Positions 8,796-19,338 of a stretch of 64,000 bases of DNA are shown piece after piece. Where the stretch lies: IMG/VR virus record IMGVR_UViG_3300047510_002037, positions 1 through 64,000 of that record; one strand, given 5' to 3'. A program made the position numbers and the translations under genes. Positions within the stretch are counted from its first letter, which is position 1. Each line of letters begins with the position of its first letter. Under the pieces are notes generated by a model. The model was not told the DNA's origin and made no database searches. It saw only the letters and a program-made list of their open reading frames with translations. Source of the stretch: a virus.

Positions 8796-9962
8796 TCAGC
8801 CTTGGCGAAATGCTGAAAGTGTCTTTAGGTAAGCAGCCATGTTACCTGAATATGATTCAGGAGCTCTGTCTACACCCTCAGATAGGGTTTCAGATTTTGC
8901 TGTTTGAGAAACTGATCTTGATGAGAAATATGATTCTCTCAATGTTTCCAGTTTTTCACGATATTCTTCCTCACTTTCAAACTCAACACTTTCGGCAAGT
9001 GAAGCGAGCTTTTCTTTCTGAGTGTCTGCTAGACCCTCGGAAACCTGATCAAAGATTCCATCTGCAACCGCCTCTGCGAGACGCTTGTTTAGGGAAACGT
9101 TTTTCTCAATTTGCTCGTTGAGTTTTGTCTCCATTTCATCAAGTTTTTCTACCATGCTCTCTAGAACATTATATTTATCTTCAGGGATTGATACATAATG
9201 TGCTTCAAAAAGGTCCTTGAGACCAGTCATGAAGGATTCGGTTAACTCTTCCTTCAGACCATTTTCAACAGCGAGTTTATTTTCATCGATCCACTCGCCA
9301 GAAACATATTCAAGATAAGAATCAACTCTTTCAGTAAGAGCTGATCTAATTTCTTCAACTTCTTCTTGGAGAGCAATCGAATATTGCTCTTCCAATGAAG
9401 AGGTGATTTCAGAAACTTTAGAATTGATAGCTGACTCAAAGATTGTCTTTGCCTTTTCTTTGAACTCTTCTGAAAGTTCTACTTCGGTATCAATATTCAG
9501 TAGTGCATTGAGATCTTCTTCAATTTCATACTCAATGGTTTCTTCTACTTCTTCCTCTGCAGCAACTTCTTCCTCTTCTTCTGCTTCTGCTTCTTCTACC
9601 TCTGCGGTAACTTCCTCATCATCTTCTTCAGTAATAACTTCGTCATCAAGCTCCTCTTCTTCCTTCACAGCAGAAGACTTATTGAGGGTCTTCATTCCAT
9701 CAGCAGCACCAGCTCCTTTGTTTACTACATTCTTAACTTGCTTAAGAGTAGCACCAGGAGTTTTTAATTTTGATGAATCATCATCAGACTTATAATTTTC
9801 TGGTGTTGGGCCACCCAGATCTTCCCAACCGCCAGTTTGACCATCAGGGATTCCTGTTGTTAGTTTGCCCATTGGATCAGCAGCTGAAGCTCCACTGTTA
9901 ACAGCGGTTCTGGATTGCTTAGTGCCTGCTTCCATTTCTTGTAAATTGTTACCACGAGACAT
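8796..9962 (-). CDS. gp22: Prohead core scaffold protein
   Basis: Acidic coiled coil, ELSEEFKEKAKTIFE, VDSYLEYV..EW; lies between gp21 and gp23. Confidence 0.92.
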   Translation of the reverse strand: MSRGNNLQEMEAGTKQSRTAVNSGASAADPMGKLTTGIPDGQTGGWEDLGGPTPENYKSDDDSSKLKTPGATLKQVKNVVNKGAGAADGMKTLNKSSAVKEEEELDDEVITEEDDEEVTAEVEEAEAEEEEEVAAEEEVEETIEYEIEEDLNALLNIDTEVELSEEFKEKAKTIFESAINSKVSEITSSLEEQYSIALQEEVEEIRSALTERVDSYLEYVSGEWIDENKLAVENGLKEELTESFMTGLKDLFEAHYVSIPEDKYNVLESMVEKLDEMETKLNEQIEKNVSLNKRLAEAVADGIFDQVSEGLADTQKEKLASLAESVEFESEEEYREKLETLRESYFSSRSVSQTAKSETLSEGVDRAPESYSGNMAAYLKTLSAFRQG

Positions 9963-9996
9963 TTGAACTCTCCGATTAACCTTGAAATTTAATCTA

Positions 9997-10007
9997 TATT
10001 TATTTAT
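9997..10007 (-). promoter_or_regulatory. Late promoter (ATAAATA, tandem) for gp22/gp23
   Basis: Minus strand ATAAATAAATA upstream of gp22. Confidence 0.6.
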
Positions 10008-10019
10008 TAAAATATAATT

Positions 10020-10670
10020 TTAAAGACTATTTAGAAAATTATTGAATAAGTCTAACTTATGTTCTTCTAGTCTTTTTTGATCAACTAAAGTGTTGATTCT
10101 ACGCTTAGTTTGCTCTGCAAGTTTTTCACGAAGAATACCACCATCCCATACCCATTCTTTTCCTTCCATAATTCCTTCAACAAAAGCATCTGGAGCGGAA
10201 GGATCTGCTACAATATCTGCAGCAGTCGCAAGCATAAAGTCATCACCAACAACATTGAATCCTTCTCTTGTTGGTTTTAATGACCCAATACCACGAGAAG
10301 AAACGCCTAGTTTTACTCCTTCGCTAATAAGAGATTCTGCAATTTTACCCATTGGGGTTGAAAGAATCTTTGCTTTACCAATAAAATTATTTCCACTTTC
10401 TTTCAATGAAACAATTTTATGAGAAACTCTATCTAAATTAACAGTAGGACCATCAGGGTGTCCCAACTCACCAAGAGCTCTTCCTGCTTGAACATGTGCT
10501 TCATTATATCTACCAACTTCACGTCTAAGAGTTTCCATTGGATACATGCGACCATTTCGGTTCTTTATATTTCCCTGTAAGAAAACCCCTTCTATGTACA
10601 ATGATTTTTTTCCGTTATTTTCTTCAGTAATAAAATTTACTGATTCTATTTCTTCTCTGATTAGTTTCAT
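10020..10670 (-). CDS. gp21: Prohead protease
   Basis: NRNGRMYP, ALGELGHP, GVSSRG, DIVADPSAPDA. Confidence 0.96.
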   Translation of the reverse strand: MKLIREEIESVNFITEENNGKKSLYIEGVFLQGNIKNRNGRMYPMETLRREVGRYNEAHVQAGRALGELGHPDGPTVNLDRVSHKIVSLKESGNNFIGKAKILSTPMGKIAESLISEGVKLGVSSRGIGSLKPTREGFNVVGDDFMLATAADIVADPSAPDAFVEGIMEGKEWVWDGGILREKLAEQTKRRINTLVDQKRLEEHKLDLFNNFLNSL

Positions 10671-10675
10671 GGTTC

Positions 10676-10945
10676 TTAGTTGGTGAGTCCTACTTTAGCG
10701 GCTAATACTGTTCCAGCAGATGCAAAGATTACATCAGTTGAAGCCTTTTGAAGGAATTCAACTGACCCGGTTGCCAATGTAAATGTATTGGTAGTTGCAG
10801 CACCGACAGCAGTTGAGATGCTTACCGTAGCTGCTGCTCCTGAACCATTATATAATCTTACACAGGTTGCTTCACTAATACTAGAAGCGGCACCTGCAGT
10901 TGTAGGCATTGCAACTTCTGTTGCAATTATTTTTGTTCTTTGCAT
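10676..10945 (-). CDS. Small hypothetical virion-type protein
   Basis: 89-aa Ala/Thr-rich ORF preceded by ATAAATA at 10971-10977. Confidence 0.7.
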   Translation of the reverse strand: MQRTKIIATEVAMPTTAGAASSISEATCVRLYNGSGAAATVSISTAVGAATTNTFTLATGSVEFLQKASTDVIFASAGTVLAAKVGLTN

Positions 10946-10976
10946 TGTTATAATAAAGTCCTATAATAGTTATTTA

Positions 10977-11168
10977 TTATTCCGCGTCTTCTTCAGATTC
11001 ATCTTCTAACCCAAAAACTACAGATGCTACTGTAGGTCTTAGATCATCAATTTTTTCTGAAGATTTTGTATATAAAATATCTTTAATTTTATCACTAATT
11101 TCTGAAGGTGCTTCGTCAGACATAATCATGTTTATTAGATCTTCCATAAATTTTTGAATCAATTTCAA
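10977..11168 (-). CDS. Small acidic prohead-core-like protein (start may be the downstream Met, MEDL...)
   Basis: Position after portal; canonical TATAAATA at 11174-11181. Confidence 0.65.
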   Translation of the reverse strand: MKLIQKFMEDLINMIMSDEAPSEISDKIKDILYTKSSEKIDDLRPTVASVVFGLEDESEEDAE

Positions 11169-11173
11169 TTACT

Positions 11174-11181
11174 TATTTATA
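11174..11181 (-). promoter_or_regulatory. Canonical T4 late promoter TATAAATA
   Basis: Exact match overlapping the gp20 stop codon. Confidence 0.65.
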
Positions 11182-12823
11182 TCTCGGATGCTTCTACATC
11201 TGAGGCATCTATTTCTGGTTCAATGGGAACTTCTCCAGATGCACCATCGATAGAATCTCCAATTGGTTGTCCAGTTTCGGGATCAACAGGAGCATTTGGA
11301 TCTGGAATAATTCCAGCTTCAATTTCTTGTTGAATTAGAATATCCTGTTCGATAATTTCTTCATCAGTTTGGCGAAGAATTTTGCGACGAACGTAATCTT
11401 GAGAATAATATTTACCAATGTATGGTTCTGCAGTAGCAACCATATTCAATCGTTCAGTCATCAACTCAGCTTCTTTTAGTTCTGAGAAATGATTATCGTA
11501 TAGAAAATCATACTGAATATGCTGCTCCATGGTTTCCCAATCTTCTGGAGTAACAATGTTTTTTAAAATAAGTTGAGTCTTGAGCATATCATTGAACATA
11601 TTTGAGAATCTCTTTCTCAAACGTCCAACAAACTTGGTGAACTTCAATTCATCTCTCAAAATTTCTGAAGAACGACCTAAATTAAATCCACCTTCTCCGT
11701 CCATTCTTGATGGTGGTACATTGAGAGAGCGATATAATTTCTTTTTAAAATACTCAATATCTGTAATTTCTCCAAGATTTTGACCGCCTGGTAGTGTAGT
11801 GATTTCAGTTCCTCTACCACCTTCACGGCGAGGAAGCCAGAAGTCCTCAAGCATACTCATATATTTCTTATCATCACGAATTTCTCCAGTTGATGCATCA
11901 TATACAAGTTTATTGCGATAACGCATCATAACATCACGAAGATATTGTTCTGCTTTTACCTTAGGTAAATTGCCTACGTCGATATAGAAAATTCTACGTT
12001 CCGGAGCACGAGACAATCTATAGATAACAAGTGAGTCTTCAATCATACGAAGTTGATTTAGTGACTTAATTGCTTTGTGGAGATATGAGAGAACTGTCCC
12101 CTTATTTCTATCCACTAGACCAGAAGTGCAGTAGGTAATTGAATCTCTAGAAAATTTTACACCGGCACTTGATGATGAAGTATTGCTTGTTAATTGAGAT
12201 CCTGCATTATTACTTCCCTTTGAATTGTATATAAAATATTCATCTATTTCTGGAAATGTAAATGATTCTTCGTCAGAATTTCTTCTAACTAATCCATCAT
12301 TTTTCTTATCTTTTCTTTGCTGTCTAACATAACGCATTTTTAATGCGTCAATATATCTAAGTTCTTGAATTCCGTCTTGTGGATTTTTTAAATCTATTAC
12401 TTTATGATAATAAAGTCTTCCATCAATATACCAATTTCTATAGATCTCATGTGATTTTTTATCAAAATCTAATAAGTCTAATATGTGTTTAAATTCTTCT
12501 CTTATTTTCTTTTTTATACCATCACTAGCATTTAAATTTGATAATTCAATCTGAACGGGAACATCATTTGTATCGGAAACAATAGCTTCATTTACAATAT
12601 CTTCGATTGCACTATCCACCTCTGGGTGAAGTGCCATTTCCCTATATCTTTTAATTAGATCAAATTCTGTTCTATAAACACCTTCAATATCTACATAAGA
12701 ACCAAAAAATCCACTGGTTAAATAATGGTCAACCCCGTCCTCATTATTTTGAGGAACGGGGGAAACTGTAGATGGTGATTTTTTGTTATTATCTTCTATT
12801 GAAAAACCAAATAATTTAGCCAT
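11177..12823 (-). CDS. gp20: Portal vertex protein
   Basis: YRLSRAPERRIFYIDVGNLPK, EDFWLPRREGGRGTEI; late promoter at 12850-12856. Confidence 0.98.
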   Translation of the reverse strand: MAKLFGFSIEDNNKKSPSTVSPVPQNNEDGVDHYLTSGFFGSYVDIEGVYRTEFDLIKRYREMALHPEVDSAIEDIVNEAIVSDTNDVPVQIELSNLNASDGIKKKIREEFKHILDLLDFDKKSHEIYRNWYIDGRLYYHKVIDLKNPQDGIQELRYIDALKMRYVRQQRKDKKNDGLVRRNSDEESFTFPEIDEYFIYNSKGSNNAGSQLTSNTSSSSAGVKFSRDSITYCTSGLVDRNKGTVLSYLHKAIKSLNQLRMIEDSLVIYRLSRAPERRIFYIDVGNLPKVKAEQYLRDVMMRYRNKLVYDASTGEIRDDKKYMSMLEDFWLPRREGGRGTEITTLPGGQNLGEITDIEYFKKKLYRSLNVPPSRMDGEGGFNLGRSSEILRDELKFTKFVGRLRKRFSNMFNDMLKTQLILKNIVTPEDWETMEQHIQYDFLYDNHFSELKEAELMTERLNMVATAEPYIGKYYSQDYVRRKILRQTDEEIIEQDILIQQEIEAGIIPDPNAPVDPETGQPIGDSIDGASGEVPIEPEIDASDVEASEI

Positions 12824-12855
12824 TATTAAAGTGTAAACTAGATTAATACTATTTA

Positions 12856-13521
12856 TTAAACAATAGCAACTCCAGTTTGATCGGTAGCACCACCACTGGT
12901 TTGCTGAGATCCAGCAGTCCAGTATTGAACTTGGAACTCTACAGTGTATTCTTCGATGGTATCGGATGAATCATATGATAGATCAATCTGAGATACATTT
13001 GTTGGGAATACATCATAGAATAGATATGTTCTCAGTGGAGTAATACCAGAACCACCGACTAAATCATAGTTTTGGTTTGAATTGTCCATTCTGTTGCTAG
13101 CACCTCTACCGAGTTGATGAACAACAGCATTTGTCATATATGAAGTTGGATTTGTTGCACCAGTGTTATTATCTAACTTGCTGATGGAATTCATCCAAAG
13201 TTCGAACGCAGATCTCAGTTTGAAATCTTCGTCATTGATAATGGTAACAGTCCATGTATCGAAGGTTCTGTCTCCAGCAACCTTGAGGATTCTTCCTCTA
13301 AATGGAACATCAATTGGAGCAATGTTTGATGCTGGAAGAGCAGCTGCTTTGCATAAGAAATTGAAAGCTTCTGCTTCTCCATTAGCACCAGTTGCCCAAG
13401 TTGCACCAGAGTTTGTAGCAGCGGCTGGGAATGAAGGAATATTTACTTCAAATAGATTGGGTCTAGCGCCGCCACCTGCTAATTTTGATTTGAAATCTGT
13501 GATAGTTCTTAAAGTAGACAT
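12856..13521 (-). CDS. gp19: Tail tube protein
   Basis: GGARPNLFEV, VPFRGR.LKVAGDRTFDTWTVT. Confidence 0.95.
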   Translation of the reverse strand: MSTLRTITDFKSKLAGGGARPNLFEVNIPSFPAAATNSGATWATGANGEAEAFNFLCKAAALPASNIAPIDVPFRGRILKVAGDRTFDTWTVTIINDEDFKLRSAFELWMNSISKLDNNTGATNPTSYMTNAVVHQLGRGASNRMDNSNQNYDLVGGSGITPLRTYLFYDVFPTNVSQIDLSYDSSDTIEEYTVEFQVQYWTAGSQQTSGGATDQTGVAIV

Positions 13522-13556
13522 TTTAGTAGTCCTCCCTTTTTAAGTTAAAATAATAA

Positions 13557-15776
13557 TCAAACTCTTCCAGCCACTTCTTCGAAGCTTACACCTGTACGGG
13601 TTGCTACGAAAGTTAGTGTTACGAAGTTAATTGACTTGGCTGGTTTTAGGAAGATGTCTGCTCTAAATTCATTGTTATCAATAACATCGGGAGTGTTATT
13701 GGTTTCATCACAAATAACCAGGAAGTCATAGACTCCTCTCTTAGCTTGAATATCTCTAAGATAAGGTTCTACAATGTTAACGAAATTAGCTCTGGTGATT
13801 TGATCATTAAGTTCGAATAACTGAGCTTCTGCTGCTTTTTGTAATGCTTGCTCAACCGTCAGGAATAAACGACGAACGTTAATTCTGTCGAATGCTGAAG
13901 AATATCCAAGAGCAGTTTTATCACCAAAGAGAAGAATTCCAATTCCTGGTTGATTAACAATTGCGTTAATTCTTCTTGGATAGAGTTGATCTCTTTGTGC
14001 TTTATTTGGGTTGTATGCTAGTTTAATTGCATTGTTTAAAATTCCTCTTTGCTGACCAGCAGGTGAGAACCATGGATATGCAACTAAGTTTGTTCTAACC
14101 ATCATTCCGCCAACATCACCATTACATGGGATATATCTGAATTGATTATTAAATCTATCATACATGTACTTATAACCAGTATCAAATACTGCGTATGATG
14201 AAGAAGGAAGTGGACTAAAGAATCTAATTAAGTTGTCGGTTTGAGTATCGGAATTTGTGATACCAATAATACCCTTTCCATCTGCTCCTCTGTGTGGAGA
14301 AATGCAAGCAACGCAATCTTTTCTCTGATTTGCGATGGACATCACATAATTTGCTTTTGCTTGTGATTCTTCTAAAGTTCCAAAACCAGGACCATTTAGA
14401 ATGAAGTCAACTTCGATTTCATCCTTGTTTGAGAAGAGACTATATGCTGAAATTACATCACCCAATTCAACGGAATAACCATTATTAGCAGAATTGTAGT
14501 TGTTACCATTTGTTAGGGTATATGTAACATTTCCAATAGCACTGAATGTAACACCCTGAGTTTCTTGGTTCCAAATGCCATCAGCAATTGAAATTGGACT
14601 AAATGATTCTGATTTTACACCAGAATATGTTGTAAATCCAGTAGCAACAGGTGTAGTACCATTTTGAGAATCATATTCATCTGAAGGATTAGCGCCAGCA
14701 AAAATATAATCTGAGAAGTTAGCTAGATAATTCTTCCACCAGATCTTCTGTGGAGAATTGATTGCGGAAATTGAATCAGTTGCCTTCGAAAGATTTACAT
14801 GCTTTTCTAGAAGATTTCCTTGAATTCCTGTGATCTTTCCTTCATCATCAAAAATCGCAATATGTAGCGCGTCATTTTTTGAACTTCTATCTAACGAATA
14901 TCCATTAGAAATTGGTTTTGGTGCAATTGATTTCCAATAAATTGTGCTATTAACTAATCCAAGAGTTTGCGAATCATACCAATCAGCGACCGATGTTGCC
15001 TGCGATGTGTTTACGTTGGTTCCAGAGTTATTTACGAATGTTAAAGTATCAAGTCTAACTATGGAAGATAGTCTATCATTTTCAGAATATGTTATTGGTG
15101 TTTCCACCCCAGTGGTGCTAGCAAGGGAAACGATCTTAACGTCAACTTTACTTGCTCCGGTAGAAGCATCTGTTGTAACACCAGTAATTATTCCTTTAAG
15201 GTAACCATTAAATACTGAGGTGCTTCCTGATCCAGCTGAAACGCTGTTTATACCGACTGTAACACCATATCCAATTACTGCTCCAAGTGCAGATGGATTA
15301 GTTGTTGCAATTCCGATTATTTGATCTGCTTTATCATCAATTAAACAAACCTTTAGACCATTTGCCCAGACTCCTGGATTTTTTGCTGCATAGGCAAAAG
15401 TTACAGAATCATCGGAGTGATTATCATCATAATCATCGTAGTTGTAAATTTTTAGATCATTTGAGGCAGATACATCAAATCCTGCGTTAGCATTGTTTAG
15501 TTCATCACCAGCACATCTTACAACCTTAAGAACACCACCGTATGATAAGAATGAAGATGCTGTGAGCCAATACTCATACTGTCCATCTTCATTTTTTGGT
15601 TTTCCAAAAATATTAATTAATTCTTGTTCGGTGTTGATGTCTATTGGTACTTCAACTGGACCGATGGGAAAGGGGCCTGCAATAGCACCAATATTATCTA
15701 AAATATTTTCAGCTCTCCCAACTGTTAAATCAACTTCCCTAGTAAGTACACCGGGAGATAATTGAGGAGTCGCCAT
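13557..15776 (-). CDS. gp18: Tail sheath protein
   Basis: SPGVLTREVDLT, PWFSPAG, FDRINVRRLF, KPAKSINFV; late promoter at 15812-15818. Confidence 0.97.
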   Translation of the reverse strand: MATPQLSPGVLTREVDLTVGRAENILDNIGAIAGPFPIGPVEVPIDINTEQELINIFGKPKNEDGQYEYWLTASSFLSYGGVLKVVRCAGDELNNANAGFDVSASNDLKIYNYDDYDDNHSDDSVTFAYAAKNPGVWANGLKVCLIDDKADQIIGIATTNPSALGAVIGYGVTVGINSVSAGSGSTSVFNGYLKGIITGVTTDASTGASKVDVKIVSLASTTGVETPITYSENDRLSSIVRLDTLTFVNNSGTNVNTSQATSVADWYDSQTLGLVNSTIYWKSIAPKPISNGYSLDRSSKNDALHIAIFDDEGKITGIQGNLLEKHVNLSKATDSISAINSPQKIWWKNYLANFSDYIFAGANPSDEYDSQNGTTPVATGFTTYSGVKSESFSPISIADGIWNQETQGVTFSAIGNVTYTLTNGNNYNSANNGYSVELGDVISAYSLFSNKDEIEVDFILNGPGFGTLEESQAKANYVMSIANQRKDCVACISPHRGADGKGIIGITNSDTQTDNLIRFFSPLPSSSYAVFDTGYKYMYDRFNNQFRYIPCNGDVGGMMVRTNLVAYPWFSPAGQQRGILNNAIKLAYNPNKAQRDQLYPRRINAIVNQPGIGILLFGDKTALGYSSAFDRINVRRLFLTVEQALQKAAEAQLFELNDQITRANFVNIVEPYLRDIQAKRGVYDFLVICDETNNTPDVIDNNEFRADIFLKPAKSINFVTLTFVATRTGVSFEEVAGRV

Positions 15777-15859
15777 GTTTTTCTCCTGATAGTTTCAGAT
15801 TATCTAAAAAATATTTATTAAAAAATCACTTTACGCGGGGGAAAATGTGCGTAAACATA

Positions 15860-16090
15860 CTACCAATCAGGATATTCCCACATATATCCTAAATTAGATG
15901 TCTTTCTTTTTCTCAAAACTCTGTTTATTGTACAATCTTTACATTCGTAGGAAAATGATGATGCAACTGCTCCTCTATCTTTGCGTGTTCTATAGAAACA
16001 GTCTATAAGGTTTTTTATTTCTCCACATACCCTGCATTCTCTATCGTATAATAAAAGATGTCCAAACTTTACCTGATTATCTAAGTCCAT
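15860..16090 (-). CDS. Small zinc-finger protein (CxxC...CxxC)
   Basis: CRVC and CKDC pairs; likely start at ATG 16090 overlapping the gp17 stop (TAATG). Confidence 0.7.
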   Translation of the reverse strand: MDLDNQVKFGHLLLYDRECRVCGEIKNLIDCFYRTRKDRGAVASSFSYECKDCTINRVLRKRKTSNLGYMWEYPDW

Positions 16091-17736
16091 TATTTGTACT
16101 CCCACATATAAGACATATCTCCATATTCATCCGTAAACCATCTATCTCCACTAGAATCAACAAAACTCTCAGAATCTAACCCATCAACTATAAAACCAAA
16201 TGGAGACATATCTTGCTCTATCTGATTTTTTTGTTCTTCATACAAACGCTTTCTGATATCTTGATCTGTAAGTTCCTTAAAATACTCTTGTGCAACTAAC
16301 CAAGCATAGATGACTAGACACATCGCTAAGTCATCATTACAACCCTCTTCTGCTTCAAATGAATTATGCTTTGAAATGAAAGTCGTAAGTTCTGATATTA
16401 TTTCATAATCTTTAAAGAGTAACTTATCACTCTCAATCATTGCTTTAAGATTTAAAGCACCGACTTTTTTTACAGTTTTGGACATCTTTACTCCAAGTTG
16501 AGTCTTCTTCCCAGAGAAACCTTGTCCTACAATCTGCCCAGCACGCCCTCTCATAGAGCACATTAGTACATTTTGATACTCTAGATCGTAATGTAATAAT
16601 GACGCTACCTGATCGCCTATATCATTGACCTCACAGAGAATATACGCACTATTATAATTCTTTGCAACTTCCCAAATTATATTTGGGAATAACATAGGTT
16701 TAATTTCATTATTCCTGTATTTTGCTACAATTCTATGAGGAAATTGTGTTATATCTACAACTACAAATGCGGAGTAATCTTCACTAACTCCTCTAGCGAC
16801 ATCCACTGTAATTATATAATCGTGGTTTTCTATTACTGGTTCGTATACATCCAATCCCGCACTTTTTTTGATTGGATCTTCGTAAACAAAACTTTTTAAT
16901 TTACTTGGTGAAATAAGAGTATCGACGGATCCTAAAAATTCACACTCAAATTCGATTTTGAATTGTTGATCGGATGTGTTTGCAATGGTTTGTTTTTTCC
17001 ATTCCTCATCTCTTCCAGGAACTTCCGACCAATGAACATCAGTTGGTACATATTCATTTTTACCTTTTTCTGCATCATGCCACATTCGGTAGAAATGATT
17101 CATACCATGTGGAGTTGATACGATAATTACTTTCGTGTTTTTACCGGAAGTAATAGTAGGATAAACAGATGCAAAGAAGGAATCTGCGATATGGTTTGGA
17201 ACGAAAGCGAACTCATCGAGAAAGAGGATATTGAACGACATGCCTCGGACAGCACTTGCAGACGTAGAAGCAGCCAGAATCTTTGATCCATTTTCTAGTT
17301 CAATGTTTCCTTTATTCCATGCTATTATACCCTGTTGCATCCATTTTGGTAAGTTTTCGTAGGCAGTTGCTAACCTACTTAACAATTCTCTAGCAGTTGC
17401 CGCTTTGTTAGCAAGAATACCAATATTTACACTATCGTTGAAAATAAGATAATGTAAAAGATACGAAACAACAGTGGTAGATTTACCAGTCTGCCTAGGC
17501 ATTTTGCAGATGTTAAATCTATTTTTGTGGAAATTGTTGATTAATTTTTCTTGGAAATGATATGGCTCAAACTGTGTTAACCCCTCATCAAGGCTTACAA
17601 TCTTTACATAATTTTTAGCAAAATATACCGGATCTTCCTGACATTTTACGAACTCAAGAATTTGATCTTGAGTAAATTCAATTTGAGTATTTGCCTTCTT
17701 TAAATTTGGATTACCAAGATATACACTATCAGTCAT
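16090..17736 (-). CDS. gp17: Terminase large subunit
   Basis: YLGNPNLK, PRQTGKST, FLDEFAF, STPHG, NDDLAM; no intein. Confidence 0.97.
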   Translation of the reverse strand: MTDSVYLGNPNLKKANTQIEFTQDQILEFVKCQEDPVYFAKNYVKIVSLDEGLTQFEPYHFQEKLINNFHKNRFNICKMPRQTGKSTTVVSYLLHYLIFNDSVNIGILANKAATARELLSRLATAYENLPKWMQQGIIAWNKGNIELENGSKILAASTSASAVRGMSFNILFLDEFAFVPNHIADSFFASVYPTITSGKNTKVIIVSTPHGMNHFYRMWHDAEKGKNEYVPTDVHWSEVPGRDEEWKKQTIANTSDQQFKIEFECEFLGSVDTLISPSKLKSFVYEDPIKKSAGLDVYEPVIENHDYIITVDVARGVSEDYSAFVVVDITQFPHRIVAKYRNNEIKPMLFPNIIWEVAKNYNSAYILCEVNDIGDQVASLLHYDLEYQNVLMCSMRGRAGQIVGQGFSGKKTQLGVKMSKTVKKVGALNLKAMIESDKLLFKDYEIISELTTFISKHNSFEAEEGCNDDLAMCLVIYAWLVAQEYFKELTDQDIRKRLYEEQKNQIEQDMSPFGFIVDGLDSESFVDSSGDRWFTDEYGDMSYMWEYK

Positions 17737-17741
17737 AAAAA

Positions 17742-19016
17742 TTACCTTTGTTCAATCCAGTTCAATACCGCAAGTGCTTTTTTGTTGGTGTTTGGACTTG
17801 CACAAACAAGTGTATAAGTATCACTAATTGTTCCAATACCACTTCTACCTAACTGAAGTGCTGCTTTAATATCAAGATCAACTAACGCACCACTACCATT
17901 AATTACAAAACCACTCAAAAGATCACTTCCACCAGATACTGCGGTTTGAGTGATATTATACTGCATAAAGGAGTTTGGATCGGGATGATCCAACCAAGTT
18001 CCTCCAGTCAGTGTTGCATTTTGTAGAAGTTGCCAATAAACATTCGTATTATCATCAGTTGCTGCCTGTAATGATCTCAAAAGCATTACACCAGTTAGAT
18101 TATTAGATTTTAAACGAATGCTTATAATTGGATAATATGTATTTGCAGATGCCATCGTTGTCCCTGTGATGGGATTTGATATACTCAAAAGAGTTCCAAG
18201 TTTCTCTGGTTCTCCTTCCTGAATAAGAGAATTGGAACCTTGATAAAGATAATGAGTTCCTGCAACACCAGTTACATTTTCTATCTCAAGACGAATGGGA
18301 AGGAATGGAGTAGAACACCAAACTCTATCTTGAGTGTTTGAGTTATCAAAAGTATGACTTTTAATGGTTTCACCTTTCATTAACCATTCAAAATTTACCG
18401 TTCCAGCACCATACCACTCATAACTTATAGAAATCATCTGTTGTTTTGTTGGGTCTGCGACTACACCAGTCCAACCATTACCATCAAACTTTTCACCATT
18501 CCAATCATCTCTACCAACTCTTATTTCTGTGGTAATTCCAGTTGTAGATGTGCGAATTACATATGAATATGTTCCCCCATCATCCTCAAAATAAGCACCA
18601 TTATAATCATCAAACAATCCAAATCTTCTACGAATACCTACCTTTGGTTGTTCTAAACGAATTGCGAATGCAAGTGTTGCTGGTCTTCCAGGAATGTATC
18701 TCATTACATTCTTGGTCTGTCTGATGATTTTACTTCCAACAGTAGAACCAACTTCCATAATCACATTACTAGCAGAAACATTATGAGTTGCAGTTCCAAC
18801 TCCAACGATTCTCTCATCCCAAACATCGGTCTCTTTACCATACTGGAAGGTATTAAAGAAAACTGTTTGGAACGGAGCAACTTTTAATCTGTTGTTATTG
18901 GAAAACTGAGGTCTCCAGTCTGTCTGGTTTCCCCAGTGATCTGCGATATTAAAAGTTTCAAAAAGACTTCTTTCTTGGTCTAAAAAATCTTGTGTAGTTT
19001 TTTTCCAAATAGCCAT
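17742..19016 (-). CDS. Hypothetical beta-rich virion-type protein
   Basis: 424-aa ORF in the gp16-gp17 island, tightly packed between neighbours. Confidence 0.7.
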   Translation of the reverse strand: MAIWKKTTQDFLDQERSLFETFNIADHWGNQTDWRPQFSNNNRLKVAPFQTVFFNTFQYGKETDVWDERIVGVGTATHNVSASNVIMEVGSTVGSKIIRQTKNVMRYIPGRPATLAFAIRLEQPKVGIRRRFGLFDDYNGAYFEDDGGTYSYVIRTSTTGITTEIRVGRDDWNGEKFDGNGWTGVVADPTKQQMISISYEWYGAGTVNFEWLMKGETIKSHTFDNSNTQDRVWCSTPFLPIRLEIENVTGVAGTHYLYQGSNSLIQEGEPEKLGTLLSISNPITGTTMASANTYYPIISIRLKSNNLTGVMLLRSLQAATDDNTNVYWQLLQNATLTGGTWLDHPDPNSFMQYNITQTAVSGGSDLLSGFVINGSGALVDLDIKAALQLGRSGIGTISDTYTLVCASPNTNKKALAVLNWIEQR

Positions 19017-19019
19017 GAA

Positions 19020-19337
19020 TTAAATCCACTCTAATTTTGATGGGTGATATCTTTGTACGTTTTTAATGTTAAAGTTCTTTTCTTCTGCTGGATAAATTTG
19101 ATGAACAATTGATCCAGGATATTGTCTCTGAAGTTGCTCACCGAGTTCTTGTTTAGATGGTAAACCAGATTTAGTCACCAACTCTAATCTATAAAGATTT
19201 CCTTCCCATACAATATCAGCAACATAATTTTCTCCAACCTGTTGAGGTTGATCTGGTTGAGAATTTATATAAAGATTTCCGTTGAAATCTCCGGAGATAT
19301 TTACAGACTCAGATAAAAATTGATTGAAGCTTTTCAT
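19020..19337 (-). CDS. Putative internal head protein with capsid-targeting N-terminus
   Basis: Starts MKSFNQFLSE, resembling the T4 internal-protein targeting sequence (MKTYQEFIAE). Confidence 0.65.
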   Translation of the reverse strand: MKSFNQFLSESVNISGDFNGNLYINSQPDQPQQVGENYVADIVWEGNLYRLELVTKSGLPSKQELGEQLQRQYPGSIVHQIYPAEEKNFNIKNVQRYHPSKLEWI

Positions 19338-19338
19338 T

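Noticed and set aside
7300-10422. Plus-strand and off-frame ORFs over gp21-gp23
   Set aside because: They are antisense shadows of highly conserved genes with biased codon usage.
15830-15855. Inverted repeat TTTACGC...GCGTAAA upstream of gp18
   Set aside because: The stem is only 7 bp with a 12-nt loop and no adjacent U-tract, too weak to call a terminator.
15860-16105. Possible homing endonuclease next to gp17
   Set aside because: Only a zinc-finger-like segment is present, with no HNH or GIY-YIG catalytic motif.
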